From positions 1 through 64,000 of the forward strand of contig JAHLVW010000066.1 in NCBI GenBank assembly GCA_019058275.1: DNA of 64,000 bases, in the 5' to 3' direction. This document shows, one piece after another, positions 42,046-51,040 of the stretch. Below the pieces are notes generated by a model, which worked only from the letters and a program-made list of their open reading frames with translations, did not search any database and had not been told where the DNA came from. Numbering within the stretch: the stretch's first letter is position 1; the number at the start of each line of letters is the position of its first letter. The stretch is from Candidatus Heimdallarchaeota archaeon. GTDB lineage: Archaea; Asgardarchaeota; Heimdallarchaeia; JABLTI01. Both the position numbers and the translations under genes were made by a program.

Positions 42046-42573
42046 ATGTCTAAAAAGAAAAAGGCAAATGTATCAACTAAAGGAAACTCTAAAAAGAGTT
42101 TCTTGGAAAGGTTGCCCTCAAACTTACTATTCGTTCCATTAGTAAGCCAACCCGATTTTCGATTGAGAAAAACCTAATTTAGAATCCCAAGGTCAATTCC
42201 TGTGAGTCTCATAATAGTTATGATGCTTATGGGAGTGTTCTTCATCTATATTGGTGGATTCTATTTTATCACACAAGATGAGGTTTATCCTTTTGGAACT
42301 GATCCTAAAACTGGTGAACGTGAAGTTATTTTGAATGAACGTCATCATCAGTATGTTTTTGAGGGCATTGCGGTTGGAATTCTGATGTATAACGGTGCTG
42401 GTGGTATGTATTTAATTCATCATTCAACTAATTATGCTTATAGACCTGCACAGGTGACAATGTTTCTCCTAATAGGTATAGGCTTGGTGATTTTTGCCTT
42501 AGGCTTGATAGTGTTTATGTTTATTGTAAAAGAAGAAATACTTGAGGAATTACTTAAAAAATTAAGGTCATAA
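42046..42573 (+). pseudogene. OSTC/DC2-like (OST3/OST6 family) paralog with in-frame TAA at 42175-42177
   Basis: ATG 42046 frame reads FLERLPSNLLFVPLVSQPDFRLRKT*FRIPRSIPVSLII, colinear with the downstream paralog. Confidence 0.75.
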
Positions 42574-42671
42574 TTCCTTCCCTTTTTTCAATGTTCAATC
42601 TTTAGAAATCCTTTTTAATGGAAGAAAATAAGAATATGAAAAACACTACTTAAATTAAGTGTTTATTCAGG

Positions 42672-43166
42672 ATGTTTGAGACGATGTCAAAAACAAAAAA
42701 GGCTACCGAAAACGAAGCAGACAAACCTTTTTTGGATCGATTGCCATCCAAATTGCCATTCGCTCCATTGGTGAGACGACCTGATTATCAGCTTCGTCAT
42801 GTCAGATTAACAGCACCAACTGCAATTCCTATCCAACTTGTAATTGCAGTAGTCTTTATTGGATTATTCTTCATTTACATAGGCGGATTTTATGATCTGG
42901 CACAAGAACCTCCAGCATTTGGTCAGAAACCTGGTGGTAGCCCATTAGTTATTTTGACTGAATTGAACCATCAATTCTTAGTTGAAGGTATGGCTGCAGG
43001 ATTCTTAATGTTTATTGGTACAGGTGGATTCTTTCTAATCCATTATTCCACACAATACGCCTATTCTCAAAAGAACGCTACTATACTGCTGACAATGGGA
43101 ATAGGAATAGTTGTCCTGTGCTGGGTAGGAGTAGTGTTTATATTAAGACAAAAAATAGGGTTATGA
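42672..43166 (+). CDS. OSTC/DC2-like oligosaccharyltransferase accessory subunit (OST3/OST6 family TM domain)
   Basis: LPFAPL..PD..LR, IGGFYD...EPPAFG, QFLVEGMAAGFLM..G..GF match the DC2 pattern; 3 TM. Confidence 0.82.
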   Translation: MFETMSKTKKATENEADKPFLDRLPSKLPFAPLVRRPDYQLRHVRLTAPTAIPIQLVIAVVFIGLFFIYIGGFYDLAQEPPAFGQKPGGSPLVILTELNHQFLVEGMAAGFLMFIGTGGFFLIHYSTQYAYSQKNATILLTMGIGIVVLCWVGVVFILRQKIGL

Positions 43167-43302
43167 TGAACCTTAACAACAAAGAATAGCAAACCTATTC
43201 CCCTTATTTCTTTTATTCTTTTAAAATTAGAGAAAAATAGAGTGAGAGGTAAGAAAGAATTTCCAAGAAATCATCCAAGATTAATTCATACCTATTAATG
43301 TT

Positions 43303-43713
43303 TTAAGCTTGTTTTTTGAATTGTTTGTCAATCAATTCTTTGAAGTCATTCTTCTTTTTAGCACCTGAGAAATAAGTTGAGATTTTACCATCTTTAAATA
43401 TATAGAATGTAGGAACATATCTAATTTGGAATTGCATTGCTGCAGCTCTTTCTTGATCTGTGTTTACTTTTGCAAATGCTACTTTACCATTATACTCTTG
43501 TGCTATTTCCTTTGTAATTGGGTCCATGATTTTACATGGTGGACACCAGGTTGCATAGAAATCGATTATTGCGTATTTATTTTTAGTAATGAAATCTTGA
43601 ATATCTCTGCTAGTAAGAGTTTTTACCATTCCATTTGCATCTTGACTTCCTGTCATAATATCACTCACAATTTTTTCCTTTATTTTCTGTAGTTCTTTAT
43701 CTTCTATTGTCAT
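43303..43713 (-). CDS. trxA: Thioredoxin
   Basis: IDFYATWCPPCK, VPTF. Confidence 0.9.
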   Translation of the reverse strand: MTIEDKELQKIKEKIVSDIMTGSQDANGMVKTLTSRDIQDFITKNKYAIIDFYATWCPPCKIMDPITKEIAQEYNGKVAFAKVNTDQERAAAMQFQIRYVPTFYIFKDGKISTYFSGAKKKNDFKELIDKQFKKQA

Positions 43714-43769
43714 GATTAACTCCTCTTTTAATAAAGTTGACTATTAAATTCTTAAACATCATTTTTGAC

Positions 43770-43784
43770 TGGGAAATAACTCCC
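43770..43784 (-). promoter_or_regulatory. Palindromic candidate operator GGGAGTTATTTCCCA
   Basis: About 57 nt upstream of thioredoxin start; same orientation relative to its gene as the copy at 41300. Confidence 0.35.
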
Positions 43785-44097
43785 AATTTTGATTTGTTAT
43801 GAGTCACATTTACTAAGTTCTTATTTAAAAATTCCAAATTAGTTTGTTAGAAATTTGATATCTTGAACATAACTTTGTTAAGTCAACCTAACATATATGT
43901 CCTTTTTCAATAAAATTCACACAGTATGGAAAAAACGTAAATAATATATTGGAATAACTATAGTAATTAGTTAGATAAACAGAGAAAGCTATTATTGAGA
44001 AATGAATGTTTTTTCTGTAGTAGACCATCAAAAACTATTAATGAGTTATTAAAGTAAAATCAATTATATCCCGTCAACAACATAGGATTGAATACAG

Positions 44098-45684
44098 ATG
44101 GCAGTAGATTCATATTGGTACATTGTAGGAATTGGAGGTATATTCCTACTTGTTGTAGCTGTAATTATTTGGGACCAAATACGTCAAGCAAAGAAGAAGA
44201 GTAGTTTAGATCAAACTGCTCATGGAAGTCCGTCGAGTTTTGATTCGGAATCAAAAACTAAGATGATGTCGAGACTTGATAAACGAGAATCGCAATTAAG
44301 AAGAGAACGGATATTAGAGGGAGGTACTCTTCCTGAGCTTTCAGAACTCGTTGTTTATTTCCCAACGAGAAATAAAAAGATTACTTCTACTGAGGTTGAC
44401 GTAAGAGGTAAAACAGCAGTTAAGTCAATCGTCTGGATAAACAATCAAGCTGCATTTGTTGATGTTGATGGTTCATTTATTGGTACTGTTAAGTTATATC
44501 GTGGCAAAAATCAATTGGATATTGTTGCCATTGGACCATATGGGCACACAATGGGTGCTTATGTACCTATTAATTGCACATCAAAAGAAGCACCAAGTTT
44601 TCAAAGCTCATGCTCTACCTATCTTCTTCCTGACCACACTCTTGACATAAGACACGATGCTATGCCAACTTCAGGAGTACAAGTAGACATTCAAAGTGTT
44701 TCTGTACCAGTTGATAGAGCCAGAAGAAGGAGAGGAAGACAAGCCGAGGAAGCTCCTGTGTTTCAAGATATGGCTCCTAAAGCAGCAGATGATCAAATTG
44801 TAGTTTCAGAAGATGAGATTGATCCTTCTGTTCTTGCTGCACTAAAAGGTGATCCTCTAAGCGAGGATGCTGCTGCCGTTGAATCAGCTGTTGATCTCTC
44901 TGAGATCGAACCTGATTTACTCCCTACAAGATTTAATGAAGCTGAAATTCCACCTATTCCTGAAATTACCGGGCTTGAAGATGAGGAACAAATATCTGAT
45001 ATCCCAGAAATCCCTGAGATTCCTACTGAATTACTCGAGGAAGAAAGTGAACCAGCAAGTACTGTAGCTGTTGATGAAGAAGAAATCGATGAATCAGTTA
45101 AACAAATCGAGGAAGTTATTGAAACAGACAAGAAATTCCAACCTGATGAAATGATACCAAAACAACCAGGGGAAGAATTAACACCTCAAGTAGAAGATAT
45201 TGAAGAAATAAAACTTGATGAATTCAAACCATTACAACAAACTCTTGAAGGAACACAAGAGCTGATTATTGAAACTAAATCCCAAGTTTTAGATGACGAT
45301 CGCAGAACTATTATATTGCAACACAATGGATTGCTTCAACGAGAAGATGGTGAAACAATACCAGTTCTTAAAATCGAAAAGAGAATTGAGTGTGTTGATG
45401 AAAAATGGTTTTCAACACTTGGTATAGCTAATGTCTCTGATGTAGAGATTAATCGTATAGATATGAGTGAATTTATCTCAAATACTATGGAATTAGCTGA
45501 AAAGCTTCCTGTAAATGTTGAAGACCCAATAATTGATTACTTGCCTGAAGGTGTAATGGTTACTTGGGTGATGAATAATGTTAAACCTCAAATGAAAATC
45601 TTCATTACCTATAACGAAAAAGCAAATCCAATGGATATTATTACTGAAGAGCAAAAAACACCAAAAATAACAATCAGAAAATAA
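44098..45684 (+). CDS. N-terminally anchored protein: Ig-like domain, long acidic Pro-rich linker, C-terminal beta-sandwich
   Basis: Single TM near N-terminus, V.VRGKT...VDVDGSF...V.L..G.N...I.A..P.G Ig pattern, IPEIPEIP linker, VTW.M..V.P..K.FITY C-domain. Confidence 0.6.
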   Translation: MAVDSYWYIVGIGGIFLLVVAVIIWDQIRQAKKKSSLDQTAHGSPSSFDSESKTKMMSRLDKRESQLRRERILEGGTLPELSELVVYFPTRNKKITSTEVDVRGKTAVKSIVWINNQAAFVDVDGSFIGTVKLYRGKNQLDIVAIGPYGHTMGAYVPINCTSKEAPSFQSSCSTYLLPDHTLDIRHDAMPTSGVQVDIQSVSVPVDRARRRRGRQAEEAPVFQDMAPKAADDQIVVSEDEIDPSVLAALKGDPLSEDAAAVESAVDLSEIEPDLLPTRFNEAEIPPIPEITGLEDEEQISDIPEIPEIPTELLEEESEPASTVAVDEEEIDESVKQIEEVIETDKKFQPDEMIPKQPGEELTPQVEDIEEIKLDEFKPLQQTLEGTQELIIETKSQVLDDDRRTIILQHNGLLQREDGETIPVLKIEKRIECVDEKWFSTLGIANVSDVEINRIDMSEFISNTMELAEKLPVNVEDPIIDYLPEGVMVTWVMNNVKPQMKIFITYNEKANPMDIITEEQKTPKITIRK

Positions 45685-45697
45685 GCAATTTATTTTC

Positions 45698-47023
45698 TCA
45701 TTTTTTTCTTTCTTTCTTTAATTTTTGAACTTGTTTTGTTATTTTTTCAATCACTTCAAAATCTGTTAAGACATTCTTTGGTCCATCTTTCACTTTTCGT
45801 AATCGTAAAGGTACTGTATCCATTCTGTAAGCTGTTCCTTCGGATTCTACTCCTGAAACTGTAACTGGAAAAATAACTTCTGCTAATCTTGTTGTTGGAG
45901 TTTCGTATGGATCCAAAACAATCATTGGGATTTTAGCAAATTGTTGCATTACCCTTTTAGGAGAATTTCCTACTGGATCCGAAGCAACAATCATTGCTGC
46001 ATCAGCTTCTCCTCGAGATAGTACACCAGTTAATGAGAATTCTCCTGGATTATATTGAGGGAATCCTCTAGTCAAAGAAACAGCGAAAGGATAACCTGTG
46101 CTCCAAGTTAAGACATTTTGAGCACCAGTAACATTATAATGACCTCTTAAAGGCATAATATAAAACTTAGTATATTCATTCAAATCTCTAACTAGGCTTA
46201 AAGCAGCATCTACGTTACGATGTTTTCCTTTTGTTGTTGCTAAACCAAGACCGAAAAAGAGTGCACCATGTTTCGCGTTTTTCATTATATCAACTAATTC
46301 ATGGATTTTTTCTATAGGAACGCCAGAAACCTCTTCCTCTTTCAGCTTTCTTCCCCTAACTATAGCTCTTACTGCACTAATAAATTCAAAATCCCCACCA
46401 GGTTCGATTTGTATGAAATGATTTGCTAGCTTTGCAGTTTCAGTCATACGAATATCAATTACAATAACAGTTCGTTCTTGGAATCCTTTTTCTCTGAAAT
46501 ATCCTCGTGGAAACGTTGTATAACGACTCATGTGTCTTGGATGTGCTTCCATAGGATTGCAACCAACATATATTATAACATCAGATCTATTCCTTACTTC
46601 ACCCAAGGTACATCCTGCAAGTCCAATTTCTTGAATTCCAATAACTGAAGGTCCATGGCAAACAGATGGGCAATGATCCCAAATTGCTCCTATTTCTTCT
46701 GCTAGTTTAATGCTTTCTCTGTGTGCATCAGCTTCTGTTGATCCAAATCCATAAAATATTGGATAATCAGCAGCCAGTAATATTTTAGCTGCTCGGTTAA
46801 TAGCTTCCCCATAACTTACTTCAATAAAACAGTCTTTCTTTTTGATAAGTGGTTTTAAGATTCTTTTACCTTCTTTAATCCCTTGTATTTTTGCTACACC
46901 TAGCTGACAAGCGTTTTTTACTTCTATGATTTCATTGTTATCATCTATTATTACTTCAATATCATCACATAAGCTTCCACAAAATGGACAAACAACATCT
47001 GTTATTTTCTTCATACCATTCAT
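45698..47023 (-). CDS. fwdB: Formylmethanofuran dehydrogenase subunit B
   Basis: CPFCGSLCDD, VCHGPS (Cys form), HPRHMSRY, LRGHYNVTG, GTAYRMD. Confidence 0.95.
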   Translation of the reverse strand: MNGMKKITDVVCPFCGSLCDDIEVIIDDNNEIIEVKNACQLGVAKIQGIKEGKRILKPLIKKKDCFIEVSYGEAINRAAKILLAADYPIFYGFGSTEADAHRESIKLAEEIGAIWDHCPSVCHGPSVIGIQEIGLAGCTLGEVRNRSDVIIYVGCNPMEAHPRHMSRYTTFPRGYFREKGFQERTVIVIDIRMTETAKLANHFIQIEPGGDFEFISAVRAIVRGRKLKEEEVSGVPIEKIHELVDIMKNAKHGALFFGLGLATTKGKHRNVDAALSLVRDLNEYTKFYIMPLRGHYNVTGAQNVLTWSTGYPFAVSLTRGFPQYNPGEFSLTGVLSRGEADAAMIVASDPVGNSPKRVMQQFAKIPMIVLDPYETPTTRLAEVIFPVTVSGVESEGTAYRMDTVPLRLRKVKDGPKNVLTDFEVIEKITKQVQKLKKERKK

Positions 47024-47030
47024 CTTCCGC

Positions 47031-47447
47031 TTATTTTTTCTCTTCGTTAGTCATTAATTCTTGAAGTAATTCCTCTACTTCTAAAATTGATTTATTAGTT
47101 CTTGAGATAACTGCCTTAATACCTTTGAAAAGAGGTACTCCTATGCCAGCTTTCCCGGGGGGAGTAATCCAGTTAGCATAAATACCAAGTGGCATAAAAA
47201 TTACTCCTTCATGAGGAGCATCTTTAGATGTCATCGCTTTTACAACAATAGCTCCTTCTGAAGTCTTGATTCTTACATTTTGATTGTCTGATAACCTAAT
47301 CTTTGACATATCTCTTGGATCCATAAAACAAATTGCTATTGCTTTTCGAGCATCTTTAGAAATTTTCATTCCAGCTAAAGTTATTCCTTGTTCTATTGTC
47401 CTTCCAGATGTTAAAATAACTTCAAGAGAAGTAGGAGGTTTCGACAT
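47031..47447 (-). CDS. fwdD: Formylmethanofuran dehydrogenase subunit D
   Basis: SGRTIEQG, IFMPLGIYAN, PLFKG. Confidence 0.9.
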   Translation of the reverse strand: MSKPPTSLEVILTSGRTIEQGITLAGMKISKDARKAIAICFMDPRDMSKIRLSDNQNVRIKTSEGAIVVKAMTSKDAPHEGVIFMPLGIYANWITPPGKAGIGVPLFKGIKAVISRTNKSILEVEELLQELMTNEEKK

Positions 47448-47519
47448 GTTTTATTCCTTTTAATCCAGTTTTCTTAATCTATTTTAATTCTGCTATTTAA
47501 AGTATTAAAAAACTACTAG

Positions 47520-48035
47520 TTAGAATTTTTTAGATAATTTTTCAGACAATCTTGCTCTCTCAATTTCATTGTTAATACTTTTTATGACATGATTAATGAT
47601 TAATGATTGAACACCTTCAGTTAATAAATCCCAATTGTCTATATATGGTGACAAATAGAGTGCTATATCATTATTATCAGCAATAAGGTTAAGTTGCAAA
47701 GTATGAGTTATTACCTTTGCAAATTCTTTATTCCTTATAATGGCTTGCAAACTATCTTCTCTTATATTGTCAATGAGCTCATCCAAAAAGTGTAACTTCT
47801 TTTTAATAAAAGATTTAAGAGTAAATAAAACGCTATACAAACTATCAATGCTAGCTTTTTTGATATCAAATGTTCTAAATCTATCGGGATTGGTTCCTGC
47901 TTGCTGCAAAATTAAAGCTGAAACTAGAAGTGTTGCCTCATCAAGAATGTGTCTTAGCTCATTTTCAGCTTTTACAATACGAGGTCTAATATATCTCCTA
48001 GCTTTAACCATCAACATCATCCAATTGATTTTCAT
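47520..48035 (-). CDS. Hypothetical helical protein inside the fwd cluster
   Basis: 171-codon ORF, no recognised motif. Confidence 0.55.
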   Translation of the reverse strand: MKINWMMLMVKARRYIRPRIVKAENELRHILDEATLLVSALILQQAGTNPDRFRTFDIKKASIDSLYSVLFTLKSFIKKKLHFLDELIDNIREDSLQAIIRNKEFAKVITHTLQLNLIADNNDIALYLSPYIDNWDLLTEGVQSLIINHVIKSINNEIERARLSEKLSKKF

Positions 48036-48183
48036 GAAGTTATCTTGTTTAATATAAAGCTTCGTATAGTAAATGATTGCTGAAGAACAAATTTTTAATT
48101 AGCATCCCAAAAGCTACTTAAAATCAGATTAATGAATTAAATAACAAGATATATGAGTTTAATATTAAAATATACAAATTTGA

Positions 48184-48486
48184 GTGTGTAATGTGCCTGC
48201 TTATGAAAGAATAACGTATAGGATAACCATCGATACTGAACGATGTAATGGATGTAATAATTGCACTACCGCTTGTCCTGTTAATGCAGAATTAATGAAG
48301 AAAAAGAATTTTGATCCAGATGAGCGTGTAATTGCTATTAAGAATGGTGTAGCAGTTGTAATTAATCCATTTAGGTGTGATGGTGACGGTATATGTATGA
48401 TTGTATGTCCAGAAGATTGCATAACAATTGAATTTATACCCTTATCTGAATATCAAGATGCAGAACAAGAAAAAACTGAAGTGTAA
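48184..48486 (+). CDS. fwdG: FwdG-like 2[4Fe-4S] ferredoxin
   Basis: CNGCNNCTTACPVNA and CDGDGICMIVCP. Confidence 0.75.
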   Translation: MCNVPAYERITYRITIDTERCNGCNNCTTACPVNAELMKKKNFDPDERVIAIKNGVAVVINPFRCDGDGICMIVCPEDCITIEFIPLSEYQDAEQEKTEV

Positions 48487-48527
48487 ATCTTACATTAAAT
48501 TTACCATATTAATAATGGAGAATCAAA

Positions 48528-49295
48528 ATGACTCGAGTTTCAACAGTAAAGAGAAAAACTAATAAGCTTATTACTGAGCGAACAGAACCTCGAGTCAAAA
48601 CCTCTCTAATTCTTGATTTAGATAAATGTACAGGTTGTAACTTATGCACAACGGTTTGCCCAAGATATGCTATTGAGAGGGGACCAATCGGAGCTTCTAT
48701 CAGGAAACGCGTTGAAGCACCTCCAATTAGAATAAACTATCATAAGTGTATATTTTGTGGTTTATGTGCTTACATATGTCCATTTAATGCATTAACATTA
48801 ATGATAAATAATAAACCCACAGAAAAAATCAAGAGAGGAATTTCATTACCTTATCTTGAAGGTGATGAAGTATATTGTAAAAGAACTGGTGAGACAGCAT
48901 TAAAATTTATAGAAGGTAATATTAACATCATAGATAGTAAATGTCCGGGTGGATGTTCTACTTGTATTGAAATCTGTCCAGTACAATGTTTGTACCTACC
49001 TATTGCTCCAAAAAACAAGCCCTGGGAGAAACCTCCTAAAGTTGGTGTCAATCGCGAAACGTGCTTATATTGTGGTGCTTGTGTTTATGCATGCCCTGCA
49101 AATGGAGCTATAAATCTTGAGCGTACAAGAATCAAACATAGTGAAGAGGGATCTGAGAGCAAAATTTGGCAAAATATGGAAGAAAAATTACTAAAACCAG
49201 TCGAATCAAGAGATTGGTTTTTTGAGGAAAGGATAGAAACTTCTCTAAGAGGTGATCGAAAATTAGCTCCCAAAAGAAAAACTCTAAAGGAATAA
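48528..49295 (+). CDS. fwdF: FwdF-like polyferredoxin with 4 cluster motifs
   Basis: CTGCNLCTTVC, CIFCGLCAYIC, CPGGCSTCIEIC, CLYCGACVYAC; position before fwdA. Confidence 0.7.
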   Translation: MTRVSTVKRKTNKLITERTEPRVKTSLILDLDKCTGCNLCTTVCPRYAIERGPIGASIRKRVEAPPIRINYHKCIFCGLCAYICPFNALTLMINNKPTEKIKRGISLPYLEGDEVYCKRTGETALKFIEGNINIIDSKCPGGCSTCIEICPVQCLYLPIAPKNKPWEKPPKVGVNRETCLYCGACVYACPANGAINLERTRIKHSEEGSESKIWQNMEEKLLKPVESRDWFFEERIETSLRGDRKLAPKRKTLKE

Positions 49296-51022
49296 TAATC
49301 AAAAATGGGTCTGTTTTTGATCCCAAAAATAACATTCATGGTGAGAAAAAAGACATTGTAATTGTTGCCAACAAAATAGTAGATTCAAATGAAGTTAGAA
49401 AAGATATTAAATTGAAAACAATTGATGCTAAGGGTTTAGTTGTCATGCCTGGGGGAGTTGATATACATGCTCATATTGCTGGTCCTAAAGTAAATGCTGG
49501 TCGATTGTTAAGACCCGAAGATCATAGGGTTGATGTTCATAAAAAAACAGCTTATGCTAGAGCTGGTGTAGGACGTTCAGTACCTTCTACATTTTACACG
49601 GGATATGCTTATTTGAAATTAGGTTATACTTGTGCAATGGAACCTGCAATGCCTCCTTTAGAAGCAAGACATACACATGAAGAATTAATGGACATACCAA
49701 TAATTGACAAAGGTGCATATACTCTACTTGGTAGTAACTGGTTTCTTTTAGAAAGAATAAGTAAAATGAATTTAGATGAAATGTGTGCTTTTGTTTCTTG
49801 GTTGCTATATTCTTCTGGAGGATATAGTATCAAATTAGTAAATCCTGGAGGAGAAGAAAGCTGGGCTTGGGGAAAAAATGTTTGTTCACTTGATGATAAG
49901 ATCGCTTATTTCAAAGCAACACCTCGAAAGATTATCAAAACTTTAGCAGCAGTAAATGAAAGACTCTCATTACCTCATACCATCCATTTACATACTAACA
50001 ATTTGGGTGTACCTGGAAATTATGATGTTACCTTAGAAACAATGAAATGTTTACAGGATATAAAGCCAAAGAAAGGAAGAAAAAGGAATGTTCATATTAC
50101 CCATATACAATTTTCCTCCTACGGAGGTAAAGGTTGGGGAGATTTCTGTTCTGAAGCACCTGAAGTAGCTAACTTTGTAAACAAACATGATCATGTTACG
50201 TGTGATATTGGTCAGATTGTCTTTACAAATACTACAACAATGACTGCTGATGGAGCTTGGGAATGGGCTCTAAGAGGTATAACAGAAAATCTTGCCTGGT
50301 CGCCCAGATCAGGTTCGAAATGGATGAATGCACAAGTTGAATTGGAATCTTGTGCAGGAATAGTTCCCTACATTTTTAGGCGAAGAAACTCTGTAAATGC
50401 TATTCAATGGGCTCTTGGTTTAGAATTCTTACTATTAATAGATGATCTCTCAAAGGTTAACATTTCAACTGATCATCCTAATGGTGGTCCATTTACATTC
50501 TATCCTATGATATTTAGTTGGTTAATGAGTAAAAAAGCTCGTGAGCGAATGCTCAGTCGAGCTGATAAAGCTCCTTCAGAAAAGACAACTTTAAGTGATA
50601 TTACAAAAGAGCTTTCACTTTCGGATATAGTTCAAGTAAGTAGAACCAGTGCAGCACAAATACTTGGACTTGAAAATAAGGGTCATTTAGGTATTGGTGC
50701 TGATGCGGATGTTGCAATTCATGATTTCAGAATACCTCTGAATAAGTTAAATCAAGATTACAATGCAATTGAGAAGGGATTTTCAGAAACCAAATACACA
50801 ATAAAAGATGGTTTAATTGTTTATTCAAATGGAAAAATCCTCTCTAATCCTATAGGTCGAACTTTTAGAGTTAAAGCTGAAGTACCTGAAGATTGGACTT
50901 TGGGTATTCAAGATGCTATTGAAGAACGTTTCAGAAAATATTATACAGTAAGCTTGAATAACTATGCCATACAAAAGGAATACTTTCCAAGAGAAGAATT
51001 AATAGTTACTAAATTACAATGA
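49262..51022 (+). CDS. fwdA: Formylmethanofuran dehydrogenase subunit A; probable ATT start at 49262
   Basis: IIKNGSVFDP N-terminus lies in frame upstream of called TTG 49412; DIHAH, KLVNPGG, HLHTNNLG, TDHPNGGPF. Confidence 0.93.
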   Translation: MSSQKKNSKGIIIKNGSVFDPKNNIHGEKKDIVIVANKIVDSNEVRKDIKLKTIDAKGLVVMPGGVDIHAHIAGPKVNAGRLLRPEDHRVDVHKKTAYARAGVGRSVPSTFYTGYAYLKLGYTCAMEPAMPPLEARHTHEELMDIPIIDKGAYTLLGSNWFLLERISKMNLDEMCAFVSWLLYSSGGYSIKLVNPGGEESWAWGKNVCSLDDKIAYFKATPRKIIKTLAAVNERLSLPHTIHLHTNNLGVPGNYDVTLETMKCLQDIKPKKGRKRNVHITHIQFSSYGGKGWGDFCSEAPEVANFVNKHDHVTCDIGQIVFTNTTTMTADGAWEWALRGITENLAWSPRSGSKWMNAQVELESCAGIVPYIFRRRNSVNAIQWALGLEFLLLIDDLSKVNISTDHPNGGPFTFYPMIFSWLMSKKARERMLSRADKAPSEKTTLSDITKELSLSDIVQVSRTSAAQILGLENKGHLGIGADADVAIHDFRIPLNKLNQDYNAIEKGFSETKYTIKDGLIVYSNGKILSNPIGRTFRVKAEVPEDWTLGIQDAIEERFRKYYTVSLNNYAIQKEYFPREELIVTKLQ

Positions 51023-51040
51023 AAAAAAGTTGAACAGAAA

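Noticed and set aside
3286-42177. UAA reassignment suggested by two in-frame TAA codons (nitrilase, DC2-like)
   Set aside because: TAA terminates many conserved genes here at their expected ends (rps9, rpoK, rpl18e, alba), so point mutation or error is more parsimonious.
46655-46675. Selenocysteine-containing FwdB
   Set aside because: The metal-ligand position is TGC (Cys) and the ORF is uninterrupted.
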